Source of the DNA: Pseudomonadota bacterium
GTDB lineage: Bacteria; Pseudomonadota; Gammaproteobacteria; Steroidobacterales; Woeseiaceae
Reading direction: 5' to 3'
Assembly (NCBI GenBank): GCA_038524795.1
Contig: JBCBIJ010000014.1
Location: 5,441-69,440 of the forward strand
DNA length: 64,000 nt
Shown: one piece after another, positions 41,119 to 50,045 of the stretch
Layout: every line of letters begins with the position of its first letter
Numbering within the stretch: position 1 is the stretch's first letter
Notes under the pieces: model-generated
The model's input: only the letters and a program-made list of their open reading frames with translations
Databases searched by the model: none
What the model was told of the DNA's origin: nothing
Translations under genes and position numbers: made by a program

Positions 41119-43581
41119 TTACTGCACCAGCATCGAGGCGCTGCCCAACGCTGCTGCGCAGACGGCCGTGCCGACGGTTTCGGTGCGGTCTGCCGCACAG
41201 TTGTTGCCACACGCGGTGAGGCGGGTAATGAGCGCGTTCAGCTCGCCTTCCATATCGGCGCGCAGCGGCTCCGTGCCCAGATTGACGCCGGCCACGGCGT
41301 CAATGACCGGGTCGATCACCAGATCACGGCCCGCCTGGCTGGAGAACGCGCTGCCAGCCGGTGCATTGAAGTCCACGCCCGGGAAGAACGAGGCGCGCAA
41401 CGCCGTGTCCTGAACCAGCGCGTTGCAGTACTCCACCGCCATCTGCGAGATGCCGACCTGCTGTGAGGCCAGGAAGCCACCGAACAGCGGACTCGAAGGC
41501 ATCTGCTGACGCACGGCTTCGTAGGTCAGCATGACTTCGGGGTGCGTACGCGGCACGCCCGTCGCCTGCGCCATCGTTTCGGCAACTTCGTCGAAGATGC
41601 GCACGCCGATGTCGACCTGGTCCGGAATGTCCGCCGCGTCACCCGATGCCAGCGGCACGGGGTCGGTGCGAACGTTCACGTTGTCACCCAGCACGTCGAA
41701 GGTCAGGAAGAACTCGTCGGAGTCGGGGCCCTGTTCCTGCTGGAACACGGCACCGTACGGCGACAGCGGCTGACCGAGCTCGGCGAGCAGATCACTCGAG
41801 AGGCTCTCGTTGACCGTGCGGAAGGCCTGGCCAACCGGTGCTTCCACACCGTTCACGCCGACACGGATGCCCTGGACGGGGATGCCGTCCCAGGTGGCTG
41901 CGTTGTCGAGCGAGATGAAGTGCGGCGCGTTGAAGAGGTAGCTGTAGTTGTCGAACTGGGCGACTTCGAACAGCACGTAGGCCTCAGGCACATCCACAAG
42001 GTGCGAGACGCTGAACAGCAGGTAGAACTTCTCACCGACGCCGGCATCGAAGTTCTGCAGGATCTGTTCGGGCGTCAGCACGCGGTTGTGAATCGAGACG
42101 TAGCGGAACGTACCGGCGAACAGGCCGTCACTCGACACTTCGTTGCCGAGCACGAACGCGAACGTGTCGTCCCAGTCGGCGATGCTGCCACCACCGGTTT
42201 CATCGTTGATGTCCACGAGCTGGCCGTTGAGCCAGAGGCTGCGGCCATTGACGGGGTCCCAGTTGGCGACGACGTGCTGCAGCGTTGCCTGCAACAGTTC
42301 GTCGGCCGAAGGCGTTTGCAGCGCAGGCATACCGTTGCCGTCCGTGACGTCAGAGCGGTTTGCGAACGTGTAGTCGTAAAGCGTCTGGCCCAGCGTAAAA
42401 TTCCGCGCCGTCGGGCCGGCCGAGTAACTCACAATGCGCGACTCTTCCTGGACCACGTTGGCGGGCACAACCCAGGCTTCGACCGAGTACTCGCCCGTTG
42501 CCTTGATCATGTCATGCAGCTTCTTGCTGTCCGCGGTACGGCCCTGGGCCTTACCGTTGCGGATCTCGATGCCCCAGCCGCCGACCCAGCCGACGTCACC
42601 GGACAGCGTAAGGTCGAGCGCCGGCGACACGCCACTCGTGTCGTAAGCGATGAGGCCTTCGCCCGTCTTGAACTCATACGTCGCAATGGCGTTGGCTTCG
42701 TAACGGCTGCCGCCACTGGCGACGATGCCGTCAAGAATCGTGAGTGCCTTACTGACGGTCAGGCTCGGGTCCACCGCAGTCGGTGTGATCGAGTTGGCCA
42801 TGGCTTCGATGGCCGCCTGCATTTCATTCGCATCCGAGCCACAGTCGCTCCAGCAGTTGTGGAACTCGTTGCGCAGGCGCAGTACGAGGCGCGAGAGTGC
42901 CGGGTCGTTGAGCTTGATCTTCGGCTTGGCCGCGTCGTAGGCGACCTCGACATCAGGCTCAGCGAGGAACGGCGACTGCGCGAACTGAGCACCCGAGGTG
43001 TGGCAGCCCGTGCAGTACTGCGTGAGGATCGGGTGCACGGTGCTTGCGAACAAAGCGGGGTCACCCGGGAAGTTGCGGCTCGCGCCCGGATCCTTGATGA
43101 CCGGTGACTCGAGGTCGATCGTGCGGCCGCCGCCGGCAACGAGGTCGCCCGCCCAGCCAGAAATCCACGTTCCCATGAGGTCGCCACACACAGCGTCGCT
43201 ACCCGACCAGCAGTTGTGGCCACCGGCCACCTTGGTCGCGAGCAGCGAATCGTTCGGTGAGCTCAGGTCGACAGCCGTGTTGGCTGCCTCGTAAGCGAGG
43301 TTGATATCGTCATCCCGGGCGAAGACGGGCGCTTGCCCACCTTGGCCGTGGCAAGCGCCACAGCCCGCTTCGGACTGAATGTTGTCCCACAGGTTCAGCT
43401 TAAAGGACTGAACGTCTGCCGTGGCCGGTGCCGGGCCGTTGTAGCCCGACGTATCGGGTACGGACGTGACCGGGTTGACCTGCGTTTCAGCGCCGCCTCC
43501 CGAGCAGGCACTGATCACCGCTGAGGCGGCGAGAAGGCCGGTCAGGCGGCTGACGGTAATGGCTGTTTTATGCATCGTCAT
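41119..43581 (-). CDS. lipoprotein with two CxxCH (PSCyt-like) modules and a LamG-like jelly-roll domain
   Basis: GAGGA RBS and lipobox VISAC. CGACHGQGG and CTGCHTSG are each followed about 40 aa later by an HNCW motif. YSVEAWVVPAN...LQHVVANWDPVNGRSLWLNGQLV is the LamG_3 pattern. 820 aa. Confidence 0.65.
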   Translation of the reverse strand: MTMHKTAITVSRLTGLLAASAVISACSGGGAETQVNPVTSVPDTSGYNGPAPATADVQSFKLNLWDNIQSEAGCGACHGQGGQAPVFARDDDINLAYEAANTAVDLSSPNDSLLATKVAGGHNCWSGSDAVCGDLMGTWISGWAGDLVAGGGRTIDLESPVIKDPGASRNFPGDPALFASTVHPILTQYCTGCHTSGAQFAQSPFLAEPDVEVAYDAAKPKIKLNDPALSRLVLRLRNEFHNCWSDCGSDANEMQAAIEAMANSITPTAVDPSLTVSKALTILDGIVASGGSRYEANAIATYEFKTGEGLIAYDTSGVSPALDLTLSGDVGWVGGWGIEIRNGKAQGRTADSKKLHDMIKATGEYSVEAWVVPANVVQEESRIVSYSAGPTARNFTLGQTLYDYTFANRSDVTDGNGMPALQTPSADELLQATLQHVVANWDPVNGRSLWLNGQLVDINDETGGGSIADWDDTFAFVLGNEVSSDGLFAGTFRYVSIHNRVLTPEQILQNFDAGVGEKFYLLFSVSHLVDVPEAYVLFEVAQFDNYSYLFNAPHFISLDNAATWDGIPVQGIRVGVNGVEAPVGQAFRTVNESLSSDLLAELGQPLSPYGAVFQQEQGPDSDEFFLTFDVLGDNVNVRTDPVPLASGDAADIPDQVDIGVRIFDEVAETMAQATGVPRTHPEVMLTYEAVRQQMPSSPLFGGFLASQQVGISQMAVEYCNALVQDTALRASFFPGVDFNAPAGSAFSSQAGRDLVIDPVIDAVAGVNLGTEPLRADMEGELNALITRLTACGNNCAADRTETVGTAVCAAALGSASMLVQ

Positions 43582-43591
43582 CGTTCTGTCC

Positions 43592-44761
43592 TCAGTCGCC
43601 CATGCAGTAAGTGGCTGCTTCGGCGAAGGTGGTCTTCAACCGGTAGTTGCTGCCCACGAGCGACGCCGTCATGGCGTCGACCTGTGCGCGGTCCGCGGCA
43701 TCGCCGGGCTTACGCAGGCAGACGTTCTCGAACACCTTCTCGACCTGGCACTGGGCAAACGCCTGGCTGCCCGCGAGTTCGCGGCCCATCGACTTGGCGC
43801 CTTGGCCTGACCCCGTCTGTGCGGGGTCCCAGCCCAAAAGGGCGTTGCGACCGTCGCGCCAGTAGTTCGACCAGGCGTCGTCCGGCGTACGGAAGCCGAA
43901 CGGGAAGTTGGTGTCGTTGTTGAAGTACTTGGGATGAACGGCGCCGTCGGTGTATTCGATGCGGCCCGTCTCCTCGTTGTAGTTGTAGAAGGCAAACGCC
44001 TGCGCGAGCGGGTCCATCCCGCTGTGGCAGCTAATGCAGTTACCCAGGAACAAACGGCTGTCGCCACCCGGGCTGCGCGTGACGTCCTGGCGGATACGAT
44101 CCGGCGGACGGGTCACGTCAGCCACCTGCTCGAGGTCGCGGCAGAGGTGGTTCATGAGGGTGAAGCGCAGCATCGCGCGGTTCGTACCCGCGATGAAGAA
44201 GGCTTCAGCGGCGGCACGTGTGGTCATGACGCCGGCGGTCGCAGCGGCTGGCAGGTCGGTTTGTGCCGACTGCGTGGTCGCGACAAGGTTGGCCTGCAGG
44301 TCGATCGCGTTCTGCTCGAGCGCCTCGTAGTGATCGTTGTTGGTCATCGAGTAGCCGGGGATACCCAGGCCGGCTGCGCCAACATAGAGGTGATCGCCAA
44401 ACAGCACTTCGTTGAAGGGCACGTCATCGCGAATCATGCCGATTACCGTTGCCGTGTAGTCGTTGAGCGGCGCGAAGATATCGCCGTCACGATTCGTCCA
44501 GGGCGTCGCCCAGTTTTTCAACGTCACGCTGTAAAACGCGCTGTTCTGCATTGCCGTCTCGGCGGCTGCGATGGCGTTGCCGCCAGCGACCTGCGCCTCC
44601 ATGGCATCGAGTACGGCCGCCGTCGGGGGTACGCCCGCGAGTCGGTCGTGAATGCGCTTGGCCTGCTCGCGCGGACCCGCCCAGGCGCTGGCAATGGACA
44701 ATGCCAGCGTGAGTCCCGCTGCCCCAAGTCGTGCCGTTCGTGAAATCGTCTGTGTATTCAT
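43592..44761 (-). CDS. exported CxxCH protein, DUF1585/DUF1588-like (unknown function)
   Basis: ATG at 44761 with signal ending ASAWA. AGVMTTRAAAEAFF and NCISCHSGMDPLAQAF resemble the DUF1588/DUF1585 pattern. 389 aa. Confidence 0.6.
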   Translation of the reverse strand: MNTQTISRTARLGAAGLTLALSIASAWAGPREQAKRIHDRLAGVPPTAAVLDAMEAQVAGGNAIAAAETAMQNSAFYSVTLKNWATPWTNRDGDIFAPLNDYTATVIGMIRDDVPFNEVLFGDHLYVGAAGLGIPGYSMTNNDHYEALEQNAIDLQANLVATTQSAQTDLPAAATAGVMTTRAAAEAFFIAGTNRAMLRFTLMNHLCRDLEQVADVTRPPDRIRQDVTRSPGGDSRLFLGNCISCHSGMDPLAQAFAFYNYNEETGRIEYTDGAVHPKYFNNDTNFPFGFRTPDDAWSNYWRDGRNALLGWDPAQTGSGQGAKSMGRELAGSQAFAQCQVEKVFENVCLRKPGDAADRAQVDAMTASLVGSNYRLKTTFAEAATYCMGD

Positions 44762-45658
44762 TTCGACCCTGCTTTGACCGATCGCCGTGCCACATGGCAG
44801 CGGCGGTGACCTCGTTCGTTTTCCGTCTGCGGTGGTCTCAAGCACACCGCGTTGCGTCCCGTTCGCGAGCCCTGCCGGAGTCTGATCGCAGTTCACTGTC
44901 GTTGCAGTGATGGCGCTCACAATCCCGACGCTGGTGTGGCGTCGCACCCACATGTGGGCAGCTCTTGGCGGTTCGCTACACGGAAGTGGTTGCAATCGGC
45001 GTGCCAGCCCTGGGCGTTTCGGGCGTCTGAGGGCCGTGCGGCAGGAAAATCAACGGCTTAGCAAAAAAGGCCCCGTGTCGCAGGTGACGAGCATATGTAA
45101 AGCCGTTGTCGGGGGGTTGGGACAGTAGGGTGGCAGGGCGTAGTTAAATCATTGAAAAATAACAAATAAAAATTTGTCGCTGGAGTGAGACAGGGGTGCC
45201 GCGCATTGGCACCAGTGGTTTTGCCCGATGCGCGTGCGCCAGTTCACAAAAATGCGTCGTTCGCCGAAGACCGGTCTGTTTGGACACCAAATCAGGCTGA
45301 TTAGACGCAAGACCCCTAGTTCTCTTGGGTTTTGCGTGCGGGCGTATTTGCGGAATTCGGCGCTGTCGGACGCCGCCAGGTGTGCTGTCGTCTTTTCGAG
45401 ACATTACGAGTCACGACACCGATTTCTATACTCGCGCCGTTCCGAGGTTGCTGTGGCAGGTGCCCAGCTGGGTCGGAGCGCACAGTTCGGACCGATGCCA
45501 ACTGGCGCTGCGGGCGAACTGTGAAGTTGTTAACAGAATGCGCGACGGGCGATCGTCACCATGCCGTTACGTTCAATCGGCAGGTATGCGGTGCAGTCAG
45601 GTCTGGGACCTGGGCACGGCGAAGGCGACGCCTCGAAAAGCGCTTCGAGGTGCTCCCA

Positions 45659-48316
45659 ATGGACAAAGCGGTAACGGTGAAAACAAGTCATACAACGTGT
45701 GTCCGCGCGCTCGCACTCGTGCTGGCGCTCGCAACGGCGGCAGGCTGCAGTTCCTCCGGCAGCGAAGGCGACCAGGTCGGCTTCGGTGCGGGCCAGGCGC
45801 CTGATCCCGTCGCGCTCGAATTTCCGATTGTTTACGTCCAACGCCCGATTCCCCTCGATGACGACGGCGCGCTCGTGGAGGAAGACATCCGCGAGGTGCT
45901 GTCCTTCAACCCTGGTGCTGACCTGTTTTTCCGCGACCGCGCGTCGCCCAGTACGCCCGATGTGAATCTCACGGGCGACTTCACCATGGGTCTGGCCGAT
46001 ATTCGGGACGTCACCGTGTCGTTCGATGCGACAAAGGTGGCGTTCGCGATGCGTTACCCGTTCGATCCCGACGCCGACGACGAGGAGCAGGTGACGTGGA
46101 ACATCTGGGAGTACGACATCCCGAGCGACACGCTGCGGCGTGTGATCTCGTCTGACATCACGGCGGAAGCGGGCCACGACATCGCCCCGCAGTTCCTGCC
46201 CGACGGGCGACTCGTGTTCAGTTCGACGCGCCAGCGCCAGTCCGTGGCCATCCTGCTCGACGAGGGCAAGCCGCAGTTTCCGGCTTTCGACGGCGACGAC
46301 AATGAGCCCGGCTTCCTGCTGCACACAATGACGACCGACGGTACGGACATCGAACAGATCGGCTTCAACCAGAGCCATGAACTCAATCCGGTCGTACTCG
46401 ATGACGGCTCAGTCGTGTTTTCGCGTTGGGACAACGTCGGCGGCACCAACGAGTTCAACCTCTACAAGATGAATCCCGACGGCACAAACCTGCAGCTGCT
46501 GTACGGCGCGCAGAGCCATGATGTCGACAACGACGGTCAGCAGGAGCAGTTCATGCAGCCGCAGGTGCTGCCTGATGGCACGCTCATCTCGCTGCTCAAG
46601 CCGTTCACCGGGCCGACGACGGGCGGCGCACTCGTCGATATCGACGTGTCGACCTACCTTGAGAACACGCAGCCCAGTGTGAATAACACGGGTATGGCCG
46701 GCCCTGCCCAAACGCCGGCGACGATCAACAATGTGCTTGCCGCCGCCGACCAAATATCGCCGGGCGGCCGCTATCGCTCGGTGTATCCGCTGCGTGACGG
46801 CACGGACCGTCTGCTCGTAAGCTGGAGCCAGTGCCGCTTGCAAGACATCGACATGGTCATTCTTGCCTGCACACCTGACAACCTGGCTAACCCGGATCTC
46901 ACCCAGGCACCGCCGCTGTACGGCATCTGGATGTACGACCGCGAGCAGGAAACGCAGGCGCCCGTCGTGACGCCTGTCGAGGGCGTGATCTTCTCGGACA
47001 TCGTTGTGGCGGAGCCGCGCGATGTGCCGCTGGTGCTGCTCGCAGGTTCCAATACCTTCCTGCTCGATCCGGATATCGGTGACGAAGGTGTTGGTGTACT
47101 CAACATTCGCACCGTGTACGACGTTATGGGTGTCGACACAGCGCCAGGCGGCATCGACGTGCTCGCCGATCCTGCGCAAACCCTCGCTGCAGAGCGTCCC
47201 GCACGCTTCCTGCGACTCGAGAAGGCCGTTTCCATGCCCGACGAGGAACTCGTCGATGTGCCGGGATCAGCCTTTGGCGTCGGCGGTGGCCAGGGCTTCC
47301 GCGAAATTCTGGGTTACACGATGATCGAGCCCGATGGCTCGGTCATGGTCAAGGTGCCGGCCGACATCGCCTTCACCATGTCGATCACCGATGCCAACGG
47401 CCGCCGCATCTCGGCGCGTCATAACAACTGGCTACAGATTCGCCCCGGCGAAGAGCTCAAGTGCCAGGGCTGCCACGATGGCGGCAGCGGCCTGTCACAC
47501 GGTCGCGCCGATGCGTTTGCCTCGGCACACGACGGCGGGCAGAACATTAGCGTGCCATTTCCGAACACGGACCCTGCGCTGTTCATCGACACGCCGGGCG
47601 AAACGATGGCCGAGGTGCGCGCCCGCGTGTCGTGCTCAACGGATAACTGCTCGTCGCTGCAGCCGACCGTCGACGTGACCTATCGAGACGTTTGGACCGA
47701 TGAGGTCGCCGCCGGTCGCCAGGCCGATCCTGATATCGATCTGCGTTACGCCGACCTGCTGTCGCCACGTCCCGTGCAGCCGTCCTGCGAGCAGAATTGG
47801 ACAGCCAGCTGCCGCACGGTCATCCATTACGAGGATCACATTCACCCGCTGTGGTCGGTGCCGCGCGTGACACTCGACGGCATGGGTAACGTGGTCAGCG
47901 ACTTCACTTGCATTTCCTGCCACACGGATCGCGATGCCGCGAACCAGTTACAGGTGCCTGCCGGCCAGCTCAACCTGACGGACGGCCTCGCGCCTGAGGA
48001 GCAGGATCAGTTCGAGGCTTACCGCGAACTCGTGATTGCCGACGTCGAGGTCGAATTGAACATGGGTGCGCTGCAGCCGCGTCTCGTGCAGGTTGATACG
48101 GACCCGGTTACGGGCGATCCGATTTTCGCGACCGTTAATGTCCCGCCAAGCGCGCGCGGCGCGGGCGCGAATGCGTCACCTGTGTTCTTTAGCCGATTCG
48201 CGCCGGGCGGCACGCACGCCGGCTACCTCAACGAGGGTGAGTTGCGCCTGATTGCCGAGTGGCTCGACATCGGTGCGCAGTACTACAACGACCCATTCCG
48301 GGTACCCCAGGACTAA
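45659..48316 (+). CDS. lipoprotein with PD40/TolB-like beta-propeller repeats and C-terminal double CxxCH region
   Basis: Lipobox ATAAGC. Repeats are DIAPQFLPDGRLVFSSTR, LNPVVLDDGSVVFSRWD, YKMNPDGTNLQLLY and PQVLPDGTLISLL. Has KCQGCHDGG and TCISCHTDRD. The track ORF start at 45332 is rejected. Confidence 0.65.
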   Translation: MDKAVTVKTSHTTCVRALALVLALATAAGCSSSGSEGDQVGFGAGQAPDPVALEFPIVYVQRPIPLDDDGALVEEDIREVLSFNPGADLFFRDRASPSTPDVNLTGDFTMGLADIRDVTVSFDATKVAFAMRYPFDPDADDEEQVTWNIWEYDIPSDTLRRVISSDITAEAGHDIAPQFLPDGRLVFSSTRQRQSVAILLDEGKPQFPAFDGDDNEPGFLLHTMTTDGTDIEQIGFNQSHELNPVVLDDGSVVFSRWDNVGGTNEFNLYKMNPDGTNLQLLYGAQSHDVDNDGQQEQFMQPQVLPDGTLISLLKPFTGPTTGGALVDIDVSTYLENTQPSVNNTGMAGPAQTPATINNVLAAADQISPGGRYRSVYPLRDGTDRLLVSWSQCRLQDIDMVILACTPDNLANPDLTQAPPLYGIWMYDREQETQAPVVTPVEGVIFSDIVVAEPRDVPLVLLAGSNTFLLDPDIGDEGVGVLNIRTVYDVMGVDTAPGGIDVLADPAQTLAAERPARFLRLEKAVSMPDEELVDVPGSAFGVGGGQGFREILGYTMIEPDGSVMVKVPADIAFTMSITDANGRRISARHNNWLQIRPGEELKCQGCHDGGSGLSHGRADAFASAHDGGQNISVPFPNTDPALFIDTPGETMAEVRARVSCSTDNCSSLQPTVDVTYRDVWTDEVAAGRQADPDIDLRYADLLSPRPVQPSCEQNWTASCRTVIHYEDHIHPLWSVPRVTLDGMGNVVSDFTCISCHTDRDAANQLQVPAGQLNLTDGLAPEEQDQFEAYRELVIADVEVELNMGALQPRLVQVDTDPVTGDPIFATVNVPPSARGAGANASPVFFSRFAPGGTHAGYLNEGELRLIAEWLDIGAQYYNDPFRVPQD

Positions 48317-48330
48317 TCGAAGGACCGCCA

Positions 48331-49104
48331 GTGAGCCCACGCCTTAGTTCATGCATCTCCGCAGTATTCGCGATGGTCGTGGTGCTTGCCGGCACGCTGG
48401 CAGTCGCGCCTGCGGCATTCGCCGACGAGAAGCCGCTGCGTACGGTTGAAGTTGCGGATCCGTACCTCGAGATGCACACGGGGCCGGGCAAAGGGTATCC
48501 GATCACGAACGTCGTCGAACGCGGCGAGTCGGTACAGATCGTTCGCCGCAAGACGGACTGGTTCAAGGTGCGCACGGACCGCGGACGTGAAGGCTGGGTC
48601 AATATCGTGCAGCTTGAGCTGACGCTCGACGAATTCGGCGAGCGAACGGCCATCGAACGGATCGGTCGCGACGAGTTTCTCCAGACGCGCTGGGAAACAG
48701 GAATCATGACGGGCGACTTTGCGGGCTCCGACGCGCTTGCGGTCTATGGCGGCTACTCGATCAGCCGCAACCTGTCGGTGGAAGTTTGGGGCTCGCAACT
48801 TGTGGGCAACTTCTCGAATGGCTGGCTTGGCACTGTCAACGTCGTGCACGAAACGTTCCCTGAATGGCGCGTCTCGCCGTACTTCACGATCGGCACCGGC
48901 ATTGTCAGCACGTCGCCGAAGTCGACGCTCGTATCGCAGGAGGACCGCACCGACCAGGTGGCGCTCGTCGGCGGCGGGTTTCGCGCCTATGTCACGCGCC
49001 GCTTCGTGCTGCGCGCCGAATACAAAAGTTACGTGGTCCTCACGAGCCGCGACGAAAACGAGGAAGTGGAAGAATGGAAAGTCGGCTTCGGTTTCTTTTT
49101 CTGA
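48331..49104 (+). CDS. exported SH3b domain + outer-membrane beta-barrel protein
   Basis: AGGA lies 6 nt before the GTG at 48331. Signal ends AAFA. SH3b pattern YPITNVVERGESVQIVRRKTDWFKVRTDRGREGWV. Alternating beta-strands end in GFGFFF. Confidence 0.6.
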   Translation: MSPRLSSCISAVFAMVVVLAGTLAVAPAAFADEKPLRTVEVADPYLEMHTGPGKGYPITNVVERGESVQIVRRKTDWFKVRTDRGREGWVNIVQLELTLDEFGERTAIERIGRDEFLQTRWETGIMTGDFAGSDALAVYGGYSISRNLSVEVWGSQLVGNFSNGWLGTVNVVHETFPEWRVSPYFTIGTGIVSTSPKSTLVSQEDRTDQVALVGGGFRAYVTRRFVLRAEYKSYVVLTSRDENEEVEEWKVGFGFFF

Positions 49105-49751
49105 GCGTGACTGTACTGGTCATGCCGGCGCTGACGGGCTGCTCGTCGCTGCCGTTCTTCGGCCCGGGTGAAGACACCCAGGTCGCAGAGGCGCCCGAGC
49201 AGGTCATCGAGCCCGAGGTGGAGCGCCGCGAGATCGTGCAGCCGAGGATCGATACCGAGGACTTCGAAATTGGTGTGTACGCAGGCGGTATGAGTGTCGA
49301 AGACTTCGGCGTGAATGCGGTCTACGGCGCAACAATCGCCTACCACCTTAATGAAGCGCTGTTTGTCGAGGGCGCTATCGGTCGCACCGACACGGAAGAG
49401 ACGAGCTTCGAGCTACTCAGTGGTGCAGCGCAGATTCTCAACGACGACGAGCGCGAGTTCACCTACTACAACGCATCGATCGGATGGAACATCTTTCCGG
49501 GCGAGGCGTTTTTCGGCCGCGGTCGCGCGTTTAACCAGTCCTTCTACGTGATCGCGGGGCTGGGCAGTACGCGGTTTGGCGGCGACGACCAGTTCACGAT
49601 CAACGTCGGCGCTGGCTACCGCCTGTTGTTCAACGATGTCTTCGCGCTCCGTGTCGACTTTCGCGACCACGCCTTTGATACCGATCTGCTCGGTGAGAGC
49701 AAGACGGCACACAACCTGACCGGCCACGTCGGTTTCACGTTTTTCTTCTGA
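49074..49751 (+). CDS. outer-membrane beta-barrel lipoprotein (paralogous barrel)
   Basis: ATG at 49074 with lipobox LTGC. Alternating beta-strand pattern ending GFTFFF. Overlaps the previous gene by 31 nt. Confidence 0.6.
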   Translation: MESRLRFLFLSVTVLVMPALTGCSSLPFFGPGEDTQVAEAPEQVIEPEVERREIVQPRIDTEDFEIGVYAGGMSVEDFGVNAVYGATIAYHLNEALFVEGAIGRTDTEETSFELLSGAAQILNDDEREFTYYNASIGWNIFPGEAFFGRGRAFNQSFYVIAGLGSTRFGGDDQFTINVGAGYRLLFNDVFALRVDFRDHAFDTDLLGESKTAHNLTGHVGFTFFF

Positions 49752-49767
49752 TTGCGAGGTAAGACCC

Positions 49768-50013
49768 ATGCACCGCAAAACCACACATCGAATCGCCCGC
49801 GTCGCACTGGCGCTGTGTCTCGTCACAGCCTCAGCCGCCTGCTCGAACATCGAACCCTGGGTCAAACCCTATGAGCGCGATCGCCTCGCTGATCCGATCA
49901 TGTTCCTTGACCACGACCCCGTATCGACCTCTTACATGTACCACGTGTTCGAGTCGCGCGAGGGCGCACGCGGCGCCGAGGGCGTCGTTGGCGGCGGCTG
50001 CGGCTGCAACTGA
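49768..50013 (+). CDS. DUF4266-like small lipoprotein
   Basis: 81 aa with lipobox SAAC. Has WVKPYERDRLADPIM and a C-terminal GGGCGCN tail. Family assignment is from memory. Confidence 0.6.
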   Translation: MHRKTTHRIARVALALCLVTASAACSNIEPWVKPYERDRLADPIMFLDHDPVSTSYMYHVFESREGARGAEGVVGGGCGCN

Positions 50014-50045
50014 TCGAGACCACGGAACACCGGACGGAATTCGCA

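Noticed and set aside
45207-45224. TGGCAC...TTGC resembling a sigma-54 promoter upstream of the plus-strand envelope operon.
   Set aside because: The spacing between the GG and GC dinucleotides is 13 nt instead of the required 10, so it does not fit the -24/-12 consensus.
45332-45658. Upstream extension of the propeller-lipoprotein ORF, and the overlapping ORFs 45228-45524, 45325-45804 and 45144-45404.
   Set aside because: GC3 bias is poor and the translations are Cys/Arg-rich nonsense. The lipoprotein signal peptide starts at the ATG at 45659. I treat the region as non-coding control sequence.
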